From: an uncultured Eubacteriales bacterium
Lineage (GTDB): Bacteria > Acidobacteriota > Aminicenantia > Aminicenantales > Aminicenantaceae
NCBI GenBank assembly: GCA_964549955.1
Contig: CAZJXZ010000001.1
Span: 1 to 45,757 of the forward strand
Reading direction: 5' to 3'
Length of the DNA: 45,757 nucleotides
Position 1 is the stretch's first letter; every line of letters begins with the position of its first letter. The notes below the pieces were generated by a model that made no database searches, was not told the DNA's origin, and saw only the letters and a list, made by a program, of their open reading frames with translations. A program made the translations under genes and the position numbers. Positions 24,376 through 33,030 of this stretch are shown piece by piece.

Positions 24376-25347
24376 ATGAAAAAAAGCCTTTTCTTGATCA
24401 TTCTCATCTGCTTGCTTCTCTCGGGATGCTCACCCCAGATCCATCTTGACTTTCTGGGAAGAGAGAAAATTCAGGAAGTCGTTCTGGTCAAGAGCAAGGC
24501 CAGCGAAAAAATCCTCATCCTTGATGTCTCGGGCATCATCACCTCCTCCCTCAATCCCGGACTATTCTCCAAGGAAGGGGATATCCTCTCCCAGGTCTAT
24601 TACAGACTGGAGAAAGCCGCCGAGGATAAGAAGGTCAAGGCTGTGATCCTTCGCCTCGATACTCCTGGTGGCGAAGTCACAACCAGCGATATACTCTACA
24701 ACGAAATCCTGAAATTCAAAGAAAAAACTCGAATCCCTGTTGTGGGATTGATGATGGGGCTAGCTGCCTCCGGAGGCTATTATCTGGCTTCGGCTTGCGA
24801 CTTCATCATCGCCCATCCCTCGACCATCACCGGAAGCATCGGCGTCATCTCGATTTTCCCCAACATCCAGGAACTCATGGCGAAAATCGGGGTAAAAGTC
24901 AACATTATAAAATCAGGGGAGATGAAGGACTCGGGAAGCACCTTCAGAGAGATGAGCGAAGAGGAGAAAAATGTTTTTCAAGGAGTGGTTGATGAGCTCT
25001 ACCTGAAATTTGTTGATGTGGTTTATCAGAAAAGAAAAAATTTGCTTTCGCTTGAAGAGCTGCGAAAAATTGCTGATGGACGAATCTACACTGCCCGGCA
25101 AGCCTATGAGCTCAAGCTGGTCGATGAGATTGGTTATATCGATTCAGCCTTGAAAAAGGCTCTCGCGCTTTCCTCGCTCAAAGAGGCAAAGGTTATTGCC
25201 TATACCTATTATCCTCTGAGAAAGACAAATATCTACGCCACAAAACTGGAGAGTGTTCAACTCTTTGAAAGCAAAGACTTCGAAGACATCTTTCGCTCTC
25301 TAAAGAGCGGATTTTACTACCTCTGGCTTCCCCAATCTTCGAGATAA
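24376..25347 (+). CDS. sppA: Signal peptide peptidase SppA (36K type, S49 family), lipoprotein-type signal
   Basis: Lipobox LLLSGC. S49 motifs are LRLDTPGGEV and GLAASGGYYLASACD (Ser nucleophile), followed by GSIGV...K. Confidence 0.85.
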   Translation: MKKSLFLIILICLLLSGCSPQIHLDFLGREKIQEVVLVKSKASEKILILDVSGIITSSLNPGLFSKEGDILSQVYYRLEKAAEDKKVKAVILRLDTPGGEVTTSDILYNEILKFKEKTRIPVVGLMMGLAASGGYYLASACDFIIAHPSTITGSIGVISIFPNIQELMAKIGVKVNIIKSGEMKDSGSTFREMSEEEKNVFQGVVDELYLKFVDVVYQKRKNLLSLEELRKIADGRIYTARQAYELKLVDEIGYIDSALKKALALSSLKEAKVIAYTYYPLRKTNIYATKLESVQLFESKDFEDIFRSLKSGFYYLWLPQSSR

Positions 25348-25366
25348 GATAGGGAAAAATTTAATC

Positions 25367-26284
25367 ATGAAAACGATTGTAACGGCAAGAGACCTTTTGA
25401 AAAAATACGGCGAACTCACGGCCGTTGACGGCATCTCCTTTGAAATAAGAGAAGGCGAATGCTTCGCTTTCTTGGGGCCGAACGGCGCGGGCAAGACTTC
25501 AACCATCAAAATGATCCACTGCGTCTCTCCCCTGACTTCGGGCGCGCTTATCGTCAACGGCCTGCCCGCTCATATCGAAAATCGAGCTCTGAAGATGATG
25601 ACCGGAGTGATCCCGCAAGAGATAACCCTCGACAGTGATCTGACCGTTTACGAGAACCTTATTGTCTTTGCCAACTTCTTTGATATCCCGAAACGTGAAG
25701 CGAAAAATAGAATCGCGGAGCTGCTGAAATTCGTTGAGCTCGAGCAAAAGCGGAAGAGCAAAATAAGCGAACTTTCGACAGGGATGAAGAGAAGGCTGTT
25801 AATAGCCAGAGCTTTGCTTAATCATCCAAAATTAATCGTTGCCGATGAGCCGACAACCGGCCTTGATCCCCAGGCAAAACACCTGATCTGGCAAAGGCTT
25901 CGTCAGCTCAAGAATCAGGGAGTGACTCTGATCCTGACAACGCAATACATGGAAGAAGCCCAGCAGCTTTGCGACCGCGTGGTGATCATGCATCGCGGCA
26001 AAATCTTGAAAGAAGGTGTGCCAGCGAAGCTAGTGGAGGACGAGATAGGCAGGGAGGTGGTTGAAATAAGGATCCCCAAGGAAGAAGAAGAAAAAATCAT
26101 GAGCCATTTATCGTCTTTGTCCTGCGGGCATGAACGGGTGGGAGATACCTTGTATTTTTATTGTCAGGATGGACAGCATCTCATGAAGAAATTGATCGAA
26201 CTCAACTTCCATAATTTCTTGGACAGGCCGGCATCTCTTGAAGATGTCTTTTTAAAGCTCACGGGCAGAGGCTTGATCGAATGA
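25367..26284 (+). CDS. ABC transporter ATP-binding protein (ABC-2/DrrA-NodI-like exporter)
   Basis: Walker A GPNGAGKTS, signature LSTGMKRRL, Walker B LIVADEPTTGLD and an H-loop. Confidence 0.9.
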   Translation: MKTIVTARDLLKKYGELTAVDGISFEIREGECFAFLGPNGAGKTSTIKMIHCVSPLTSGALIVNGLPAHIENRALKMMTGVIPQEITLDSDLTVYENLIVFANFFDIPKREAKNRIAELLKFVELEQKRKSKISELSTGMKRRLLIARALLNHPKLIVADEPTTGLDPQAKHLIWQRLRQLKNQGVTLILTTQYMEEAQQLCDRVVIMHRGKILKEGVPAKLVEDEIGREVVEIRIPKEEEEKIMSHLSSLSCGHERVGDTLYFYCQDGQHLMKKLIELNFHNFLDRPASLEDVFLKLTGRGLIE

Positions 26285-27048
26285 ACCTTTCCTACAGAAT
26301 CTATTATGTGTTTTTCAGGAATCTTGTTTCCTACAAGAGGTTTGTGGTTCCAACTTTTCTGGTGAGCCTCATCGAGCCCCTCTTCTATCTCATAACCTTC
26401 GGAATCGGCATGGGCGCTTACATAGGCTACTTCGGCGGAAAGCCCTACCTTTATTTTCTTGTCCCGGGAGTCCTTGTCTCCTCGGTCATGCTTTCCTCCA
26501 CATTCGAATGCCTCTACGGGACCTTTGTCAAGATGGTCCATGAAAAGGTCTATGATTCAATTATTGCTACTCCTGTTTCCGCAGAGGATGCCATAGCCGG
26601 CGATATCGCTTGGGCCGCCTTCAGAGGCTTGGTCAGCGGAAGCCTGATGCTTATTGTGGCCTCCTTTATGGGGGTCTTGCCGGCGTCAATACCCAGCGTC
26701 TTGATTCTGCTTTTTCTCATGGTCTTTGTCGGCATCCTTTTCGGCTCACTGGCGATGATCGTCACTTCCTTTGCGCCCAACTTTGATTTCTTTAATTATT
26801 ATACAGAGCTGGTAATCACACCCATGCTTTTCTTCTCTGGTGTATTCTTTCCCTTGGACAAGTTCCCGGATTGGATGAAGACCTTTTCATCGTTCATACC
26901 TCTCACCCATGCTGTCAATATTTCACGTGCCGTGTTCTCCGGGGTTTATCGCCCGGAGTTAATCTTCAGCTTTCTGTTCATACTTGTCCTGGAAGCGATC
27001 GCTTTTTATATTGGCCTGAGGTCGATGAAAAAAAGGTTGATCAAATAA
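26281..27048 (+). CDS. ABC-2 type transporter permease
   Basis: Six predicted TM segments. The ATGA start/stop overlap with the ATPase gene indicates coupling. Confidence 0.85.
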   Translation: MNLSYRIYYVFFRNLVSYKRFVVPTFLVSLIEPLFYLITFGIGMGAYIGYFGGKPYLYFLVPGVLVSSVMLSSTFECLYGTFVKMVHEKVYDSIIATPVSAEDAIAGDIAWAAFRGLVSGSLMLIVASFMGVLPASIPSVLILLFLMVFVGILFGSLAMIVTSFAPNFDFFNYYTELVITPMLFFSGVFFPLDKFPDWMKTFSSFIPLTHAVNISRAVFSGVYRPELIFSFLFILVLEAIAFYIGLRSMKKRLIK

Positions 27049-27069
27049 TTCAATGGAGAGGATGAAAAT

Positions 27070-27474
27070 TTATTCTCCGCTCCTTGTCTTCACCTCAAAA
27101 GAGGGAGGGCTCATCATATGGGTTTTGACCGCGCAGCTGTCCACGGCCTTGATCACGGCATCTTTATATTTCTCAGGAAAACCTGGAGGGAGCTTAATCT
27201 CTATCGAGATTTTCTCCACCCTCTTGGTCTCTGGATTCTTCTCTGTCCTCATCGAGACTTCAAGCTTTTCAGCGGAAATTCCTCGGCTCTGGCAGAAAGC
27301 CAGGACGTAATAGCCGGCACAGGTGGCGATCGAAGCCAAGAAAAGGTCAAAAGGAGAAGGAGCCGAGCCTCCGCCGCCTTGGTAGGTTGGCTGGTCAGTC
27401 TTAATCACAAAGCCCTTATATTCGGCGTCGACTTTCAATCCTCCCGGGAAAGAAACGCTGATTTCCTTTTCCAT
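27070..27474 (-). CDS. OsmC/Ohr-family protein
   Basis: GGGGSAPSPFDLFLASIATCAGYY and a second Cys at AVDSCAV. I prefer the ATG at 27474, preceded by GGAGGAGA. The ORF-track start is 27525. Confidence 0.8.
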   Translation of the reverse strand: MEKEISVSFPGGLKVDAEYKGFVIKTDQPTYQGGGGSAPSPFDLFLASIATCAGYYVLAFCQSRGISAEKLEVSMRTEKNPETKRVEKISIEIKLPPGFPEKYKDAVIKAVDSCAVKTHMMSPPSFEVKTRSGE

Positions 27475-27528
27475 GTTTTTTCTCCTCCAAGCTTCAATCA
27501 GAGATTCATGGCGAAATCTTGCCAATAT

Positions 27529-28254
27529 TTAGATTATGGCTTTTGAAAAGAGGGCAAGCACCAGTTTCTTATCCTTCTCAGTCAAGGCCATCCTGCCAAA
27601 AAGGTCATAAATCATCTCCGTCATGTGGAGCCTGTTTGTGGCCTGGATGAATTTTCTTCTCTCCAGCTTCTCCAGAATCAGCCGGATGCATTCTTCCTGT
27701 TCTTTTCGAGAAATCGGCTTTTCTCGGCTACTTTCAGCCCGGCTTGAATCGTAGTCATGGATATGAAACAGAGTCAGGAGAACAGCCGAAGCGAGATTAT
27801 AGGAAGGTTGCCTCTCAGCTTGAGGAATGGTGAAACGGAAATTTGAGCTTCGAAGCTCAGCCGAGGTCAAGCCTGTCCGTTCGTTGCCAAAGAGGAGCCC
27901 GATCTTTGTCGCTGGGGGAAAGGCGAACATTTCTTTCAGAGCTTCTCCCAAAGAAATCGAAGGAAAATTCTTTCTATGTTTTGCCGTTGCCGCATAAATC
28001 AGGTCAAGGTCAGAAGTGGCTTCTTTGAGGTTGGCGCACAATCGGGCTCTGTCCAGTATCTCTTCAGCATGAACTGCGGTCTGGTAGGACTTTCTTTCAA
28101 GGCCTCGCACCTCGACCAGCCTCAATTCCTTAAACCCGGTATTCTTCATGCAGCGGGCGACAAGGCCGATGTTTTCGGGATGCTCAGGCCTGGCAAGGAT
28201 GACGGCGAACTTCTTCTTGAAGTCCAATCCGCCTGCGTCTTTTGGCTTGCTCAC
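27529..28254 (-). CDS. SpoU/TrmH-family RNA 2'-O-methyltransferase (TrmJ-like)
   Basis: ILARPEHPENIGLVARCMKNTGF, LLFGNERTGL and SYNLASAVLL motifs of SPOUT methyltransferases. GTG start. Confidence 0.75.
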   Translation of the reverse strand: MSKPKDAGGLDFKKKFAVILARPEHPENIGLVARCMKNTGFKELRLVEVRGLERKSYQTAVHAEEILDRARLCANLKEATSDLDLIYAATAKHRKNFPSISLGEALKEMFAFPPATKIGLLFGNERTGLTSAELRSSNFRFTIPQAERQPSYNLASAVLLTLFHIHDYDSSRAESSREKPISRKEQEECIRLILEKLERRKFIQATNRLHMTEMIYDLFGRMALTEKDKKLVLALFSKAII

Positions 28255-28309
28255 CCATCCATTATAAGAGAGCGAGGCTTCAAAAGCGAGAAAAACTCGA
28301 TGATCCTCT

Positions 28310-28337
28310 TTGAATCCAGCCTCTCATCCTTTATAAT
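28310..28337 (+). promoter_or_regulatory. Candidate sigma-70 promoter TTGAAT-16 nt-TATAAT
   Basis: TTGAAT at 28310-28315 and TATAAT at 28332-28337, 21 nt upstream of the ATG at 28359. Confidence 0.4.
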
Positions 28338-28358
28338 ATTTTGCTTTAGAGATGAAAG

Positions 28359-28979
28359 ATGAATAAAATCCTAATTTTATTATTTGGAATCCAAATCTTT
28401 CTTTCTCTCGGCTTTGCCCAACAAGAAAAGGAGATCACAGAATACAAGGGCCAGAAGCTCACACCGCTCCGCGAGCAGAGGACAACCCATATCGAGACTC
28501 CTCCCAAGGTTGAGACTGCAACCTACCGCCTGAAAATCATCGGACTTGTCGAGAATCCTCTTGAGCTCAGCTATGACGAGGTCCTTTCCTTACCCCAAGA
28601 GTCAAGAGTCATCACCATGAACTGCGTCGAGGGATGGAGGTACACGGCCCTCTGGACAGGAGTCAGAATCGTCGACCTTCTGGAAAAAGTTCAACCGAAG
28701 CCAGAGGCAAAAACTGTTATCTTCCAGACCATAGGGGGAGAATACAACAGTTCTCTTCCCTTGGAGTATATCAAGGAAAGAAAAATCCTCCTTGCATACA
28801 AGATCAACAACATCACCCTTGCTCCACAGAGAGGATTTCCCTTCATGGTCGCCGCTGAAGACAAGTACGGCTACAAATGGGTGCAGTGGGTGGAGAAAAT
28901 CGAGCTCTACGATAAAGACTTTAAAGGATACTGGGAAGAGCGCGGCTATTCGGATAAAGCCTATATCAGGAAAAAATAA
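28359..28979 (+). CDS. Small periplasmic molybdopterin-dependent oxidoreductase (sulfite-oxidase fold, YedY/MsrP-like catalytic domain)
   Basis: Signal peptide. MNCVEGWRYTALWTGVRIVDLL contains the Mo-ligand Cys context. GFPFMVAAEDKYGYKWVQWV is also present. Confidence 0.7.
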   Translation: MNKILILLFGIQIFLSLGFAQQEKEITEYKGQKLTPLREQRTTHIETPPKVETATYRLKIIGLVENPLELSYDEVLSLPQESRVITMNCVEGWRYTALWTGVRIVDLLEKVQPKPEAKTVIFQTIGGEYNSSLPLEYIKERKILLAYKINNITLAPQRGFPFMVAAEDKYGYKWVQWVEKIELYDKDFKGYWEERGYSDKAYIRKK

Positions 28980-28995
28980 GAGCCTTGCTCCCTGG

Positions 28996-29157
28996 CTACA
29001 AGATTCTGGCTATTAAACCTCCGAGCACAGCCCAATAGAGAGTAGAAAGATAGGGATTCTTGCTGATAAGACAGGCTCCGCTCTTACATCCGATAAAACG
29101 ATTGTAGAAAAATCCGACGGCAGCGCCGGCTAAAACGCCGATGAGAATCTTAATCAT
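28996..29157 (-). CDS. 53-aa DUF6132-like small membrane protein (below the ORF-track length cutoff)
   Basis: My own translation is MIKILIGVLAGAAVGFFYNRFIGCKSGACLISKNPYLSTLYWAVLGGLIARIL. The G-C-x-S-G-x-C-x-I-x-S-x-x-P core between two hydrophobic helices matches my recollection of DUF6132 proteins. Confidence 0.5.
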   Translation of the reverse strand: MIKILIGVLAGAAVGFFYNRFIGCKSGACLISKNPYLSTLYWAVLGGLIARIL

Positions 29158-29216
29158 TTTTCTTTTATTATGGCAATCGTTATAATTAAAATTTATCTAA
29201 AACAAATCTGAGTTAA

Positions 29217-29639
29217 CTAATACTTTCCCGTGCTGCCAAAGCCCTCTTCCCCGCGCAATGTTTCGCCCAGCTCATCCGTCTCTATAACCTTGACCTCGAC
29301 AATCGGCTGGATTAAAAGCTGGGCAATCTTCATCCCTTTCTCGATTCGAAAGGGCTCTTGACCCAGATTGACCAAGACAACCTTGACTTCTCCGCGGTAA
29401 CCCGAATCGATGACACCAGCCAGCCTGTGGACTCCTTTGAGGGAGATGCCGCTCTTGTCCCAGACCAATCCCGCATATCCATCGGGAATAGCCATCTTGA
29501 TCCCGGTGGGAATGGCCTTGACAGCACCAGCTTCGAGCACACAGTCAACGGCTGAGAAAACATCTAAACCTGCATCTCCTTTGTGCTGATACGATGGCAG
29601 CTTGGCACCCTCAACAAGCCTCTTCACCCTGAGTTCCAT
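29217..29639 (-). CDS. dut: dUTP diphosphatase (dUTPase)
   Basis: Trimeric dUTPase motifs are GDAGLDV, GVIDSGYRGE and the C-terminal RGEEGFGSTG. Confidence 0.9.
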   Translation of the reverse strand: MELRVKRLVEGAKLPSYQHKGDAGLDVFSAVDCVLEAGAVKAIPTGIKMAIPDGYAGLVWDKSGISLKGVHRLAGVIDSGYRGEVKVVLVNLGQEPFRIEKGMKIAQLLIQPIVEVKVIETDELGETLRGEEGFGSTGKY

Positions 29640-29641
29640 GC

Positions 29642-30337
29642 TCAGCTCTCAATCCTGATTTCGGCAAAATATGGCTCGGCAATCCTGGCCAAAGCCTGGA
29701 GCTCCTGGCTGCTATAAGGCTTTTTCTGAAGGTAATAGTGATCGATGGTATTTTCCGGCTGAAACTGCTGGAGCTGGAAAACTTTTGTGCCCTCGAGCAT
29801 CTCCCCGATTTTCCTGATGTCCTCTGAACCGATAAGGCCGGGAACAGCCGTGGTGCGGAAGACATGGGGAAGTCCTGAATTTCTTATAATATCGATGCTC
29901 TTCAGAACATCTTCTTCCCTCACTTGGACTCCGCATACTTCTTGGTAGCGCTCTAAAGGAGCTTTGACATCCATGGCGATATTGTCGATGAGCCTCTTTT
30001 GAATCAGCTCTTCAAGCCTGTGCGGAAGAGAGCCGTTGGTGTCGACCTTGGCCAGCAGGTTCCGTTCTTTGATAAGCACCAGGAGCACTTCCAGGTCTTC
30101 ATGAATGAGAGGCTCACCTCCGGAAACACAGACGCCCTCCAGCCAGCTCTTTCTCGAATCGAGATAGCTGAGAAAATAATCCAATGGAAAAGTGGGAAGG
30201 GTTTGGGGCTTGAGCACCAAGTCTGAATTATGACAGAAGGGACAGCGAAAATTGCAGCCGCCCAAAAAAACAGTCGAGGAGATGAATCCGACAAAATCCC
30301 TGGGCGCAAACTTTATCAAGCCTTTGATTTCAACCAA
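29642..30337 (-). CDS. nrdG: Anaerobic ribonucleoside-triphosphate reductase activating protein (radical SAM)
   Basis: GGCNFRCPFCHN cluster motif and SGGEPL. It lies in an operon with nrdD and ends 2 nt before the dut start. Confidence 0.85.
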   Translation of the reverse strand: MVEIKGLIKFAPRDFVGFISSTVFLGGCNFRCPFCHNSDLVLKPQTLPTFPLDYFLSYLDSRKSWLEGVCVSGGEPLIHEDLEVLLVLIKERNLLAKVDTNGSLPHRLEELIQKRLIDNIAMDVKAPLERYQEVCGVQVREEDVLKSIDIIRNSGLPHVFRTTAVPGLIGSEDIRKIGEMLEGTKVFQLQQFQPENTIDHYYLQKKPYSSQELQALARIAEPYFAEIRIES

Positions 30338-30582
30338 TCCTCTAACTCCTTGGGGTTGTTCAGGACGGTAACGACTTCTCCTCCTTCCTGCAGCACCAGC
30401 GTGGGAATGATGATCGCTCCTTTTTCGTCGCGCTTGATAAAGCTCAGAAATTCCCTGATCTTCAACCTGCTCTCTTTAAGCACAAGGTCATATTCCTGGC
30501 CAGTCAGCTCTTTCTCTTTTATGTAATTCTTGAGCTCTTCGCACCTCGAGCAACTGGGGTAGGTAAAGATAATATATTCCAT
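30316..30582 (-). CDS. Glutaredoxin/NrdH-like small redoxin (CxxC = CSRC)
   Basis: 88 aa. IIFTYPSCSRCEELKNYI has the thioredoxin-fold beta-alpha start with a CxxC. A later IIPTLV cis-Pro-like element is present. It starts 3 nt after the nrdD stop and overlaps nrdG by 22 nt. Confidence 0.7.
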   Translation of the reverse strand: MEYIIFTYPSCSRCEELKNYIKEKELTGQEYDLVLKESRLKIREFLSFIKRDEKGAIIIPTLVLQEGGEVVTVLNNPKELEDWLKSKA

Positions 30583-30585
30583 GGC

Positions 30586-32658
30586 CTAAGCGATCCTTGT
30601 GTAGGGAGTTCTATCTTTGAATTCCTGCTGCTTGCCGTCGTTCCAGGTCTTGACAGGCCTCAGGTAGCCGACGATGCGGGAGTAAACTTCTGTCTCCTGG
30701 TTACATTGAGTGCAATGAGGCTGTTCGCCTTTGAGATAGCCGTGATTGGGGCAGACGCTGAAGGTGGGAGTGATGCTGAAATAGGGAATTCTTGTTTGAG
30801 CGGTCTTGCGCACCAGCTTCTTGCATGTTTCCCTGTCGATGGCTTCAGGAAGAAAAGCATGAAAGATGGTCCCGCCTGTGTAGAGAGGCTGAATATCCTT
30901 CTGGTGCTCCAGAGCCTCAAAAATATCCCGGGTCGCGTCCACATTCAATTGAGTGGAGTTTGTCAGATAGGGGAATTTCGGCCCGCCGGAGGTGATGATG
31001 TTGTGATATTTCTCTTTATCAAGCCTTGCCAGACGGTAGGAAGTGGATTCGGCTGGAGTCGCCTCCAGGTTATAAAGATTCCCTGTCTCGTCCTGGAATT
31101 GCTTGATGGTCTCCCTCATGAAATTGAGGACCTCTATGGTGAACTCCTTTCCTTCAGGGCTGCCGACTCCCTTGCCGAGAAGGTTCAGGCAGCACTCGTG
31201 CATGCCGCAAATGCCGATGGTCGAAAAATGGTTGTCAAAATGCCCGAGGTAGGTCTGAGTGTAAGGGACAAGTCCTCTGGCCAGCATGTTGTTGATGACT
31301 TCTCTCTTTGTTTCAAGGGACTCCTTGGCCAGAACCATGATGCTCTTCAACTTGGAAAAGAACTCCTCTCGGCTGCTGGATTCGTAGCCGATCCGGTTCA
31401 AGTTTATAGTCACCACTCCGATCGAGCCTGTTGAATCGCCGGGTCCCCAGATGTTGCCAGGCCTGCGCAGCAGCTCCCGCTGGTCAAGGTTCAAGCGGCA
31501 ACACATGGCTCTTATATCGCCCGGGTCCAAATTTGTCCCGATGTAGTTCTGAAAGTAAGGAATTCCATACTTGGCCGTGACTTCAAAAAGAAGATTGGCA
31601 TTCGGCGAATCCCAGTCAAAATCCCTGCTGAGGTTGTAGGTGGGAATGGGGAAAGTGAAGACTCTTCCCTGATGGTCTCCTTCTCTCATCAGCTCCAGGA
31701 ATGACCTGTTGATCATGTCCATTTCTTGCTGGTATTCTCCGTAGGTTGAATCCAGCTCCTCTCCTCCGACCACCACTCGCTTGCTCTTCATATCCGCCGG
31801 AACAGTCCAGTCAAAGGTCAGGTTGGAGAAAGGAGTCTGCCATCCCCAGCGGGAAGGAACGTTCAGGCCGTAGATGAGTTTCTGGATGTCTTGCTTGACG
31901 CGCTCGTAGTCAAGCTTATCAGCCCTGACAAAGGGGGCGAGGAGCGTGTCGACGCTGGAAAAGGCCTGGGCTCCGGCAAACTCGCCCTGCATGGTTCCGA
32001 TATAGTTCACCATGTGCAGTGTGGCTGTTTCCAGGTGTTTGGCAGGAGAAGAATGGACTTGATTGGGCACATGGCCGAAGCCCTTTCTCAGCAGCTTCTC
32101 CAGCGACCAGCCTGCACAGTAAGAGACAATCGGGTAAGAGAGGTCATGGAGGTGGAATTCTCCCTCGACATGGGCTTTCTTGATTCTTTCTGAATAAAGC
32201 TGGTTGAGGGCATAATTGGAAAGAACCTCACCTGCAACTCTGGCATTCAATCCTGAAAAGCTCATCACTCCTTCGTTGGAATTTTCTCTTATTTTCCAAT
32301 CGATATCCTTGATATAGTCCTTGATCAGCCTCACCAGGTTGATGCCTGTCTCTCTTGCCTCTCTGATTTCTTTGTGCCGCTCGCGATAGAGGATGTAGGA
32401 CTTCGCGACCTCATGGTAGCCTTGCTTCATCAAAACCATCTCGACGATGTCCTGGATCTGCTCCACCGAGGGAATGGTATAACCCCCGAATTTATCCTCG
32501 ACCATGTAGGTTACAATATCGGAGACAGTCTTGGCTCGACTCTGGTCTGTAATACCGCATGATTCCATGGCCTTGAAAACGGCATTGGTAATCTTATCCT
32601 GGACAAAGTCAGCGATACTTCCATCTCTTTTCTTTATTCTATTGATTATTCGCTGCAT
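30586..32658 (-). CDS. nrdD: Anaerobic (class III) ribonucleoside-triphosphate reductase
   Basis: N-terminal ATP-cone (IKKRDGSIADFVQDKITNAV). The C-terminal Zn-ribbon cysteines are CPNHG...CTQCN. The glycyl-radical motif is SRIVGYLRPV. Confidence 0.95.
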   Translation of the reverse strand: MQRIINRIKKRDGSIADFVQDKITNAVFKAMESCGITDQSRAKTVSDIVTYMVEDKFGGYTIPSVEQIQDIVEMVLMKQGYHEVAKSYILYRERHKEIREARETGINLVRLIKDYIKDIDWKIRENSNEGVMSFSGLNARVAGEVLSNYALNQLYSERIKKAHVEGEFHLHDLSYPIVSYCAGWSLEKLLRKGFGHVPNQVHSSPAKHLETATLHMVNYIGTMQGEFAGAQAFSSVDTLLAPFVRADKLDYERVKQDIQKLIYGLNVPSRWGWQTPFSNLTFDWTVPADMKSKRVVVGGEELDSTYGEYQQEMDMINRSFLELMREGDHQGRVFTFPIPTYNLSRDFDWDSPNANLLFEVTAKYGIPYFQNYIGTNLDPGDIRAMCCRLNLDQRELLRRPGNIWGPGDSTGSIGVVTINLNRIGYESSSREEFFSKLKSIMVLAKESLETKREVINNMLARGLVPYTQTYLGHFDNHFSTIGICGMHECCLNLLGKGVGSPEGKEFTIEVLNFMRETIKQFQDETGNLYNLEATPAESTSYRLARLDKEKYHNIITSGGPKFPYLTNSTQLNVDATRDIFEALEHQKDIQPLYTGGTIFHAFLPEAIDRETCKKLVRKTAQTRIPYFSITPTFSVCPNHGYLKGEQPHCTQCNQETEVYSRIVGYLRPVKTWNDGKQQEFKDRTPYTRIA

Positions 32659-32787
32659 CCCGCTCCTCCTTTCCCTTTATATAAAACGGGAGTAATTTGC
32701 TCTTCTTATCCCATTCTCCGCCAGCGAAAACGCCTAGAACAACGCTCCTAATCTCTTGAAAAGAAAAGGAGAATAAACAACCTTAGC

Positions 32788-32803
32788 CTTCCATATGTTG
32801 TAT
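32788..32803 (-). promoter_or_regulatory. NrdR-box-like site 1 (promoter-distal relative to site 2)
   Basis: The minus strand reads ATACAACATATGGAAG, matching about 10/16 positions of the acaCwAtATaTwGtgt consensus. It shares the half-site ATACAACAT with site 2. The two centres are 32 bp apart. Confidence 0.45.
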
Positions 32804-32819
32804 GCTATTGAGAGCTAAA

Positions 32820-32835
32820 ATACAAAATGTTGTAT
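32820..32835 (-). promoter_or_regulatory. NrdR-box-like site 2 (16-bp palindrome ATACAA-aatg-TTGTAT)
   Basis: ATACAAAATGTTGTAT matches about 12/16 positions of the NrdR consensus and has perfect 6-bp inverted arms. It lies just downstream of the candidate -10 element. Confidence 0.55.
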
Positions 32836-32848
32836 TAGCAACCAAAAA

Positions 32849-32875
32849 TTTATACATAATTCTTGTCGCTGTCAA
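32849..32875 (-). promoter_or_regulatory. Candidate sigma-70 promoter of the nrd operon (TTGACA-15 nt-TATAAA)
   Basis: The minus strand reads cTTGACAgcgacaagaattatgTATAAAt, about 190 nt upstream of the nrdD ATG. Confidence 0.4.
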
Positions 32876-33030
32876 GTGATTTTTTAAAATTTTCTTTCTA
32901 ATTCCCCTCTATCTGAATTTCCCACATTTTAAGCGTTAAGTGCTGGCTGGATTCTCCATAAAAAAGCTGGCAGAGTGAATGGGTGGCAAAGGGGCTAAGG
33001 TCTATGATAACCTGAAATTCGAGGTGAAAA

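Noticed and set aside
32941-33030. Possible TPP riboswitch upstream of yjbQ. The gene family is linked to thiamine phosphate synthesis, and the leader contains AACCTGA and GGGTGG.
   Set aside because: The defining THI-box elements (CTGAGA, ACCTGATCTGGATAATGCCAGCG-like core) are absent, and I could not draw the P1-P5 helices. cmscan with RF00059 would settle it.
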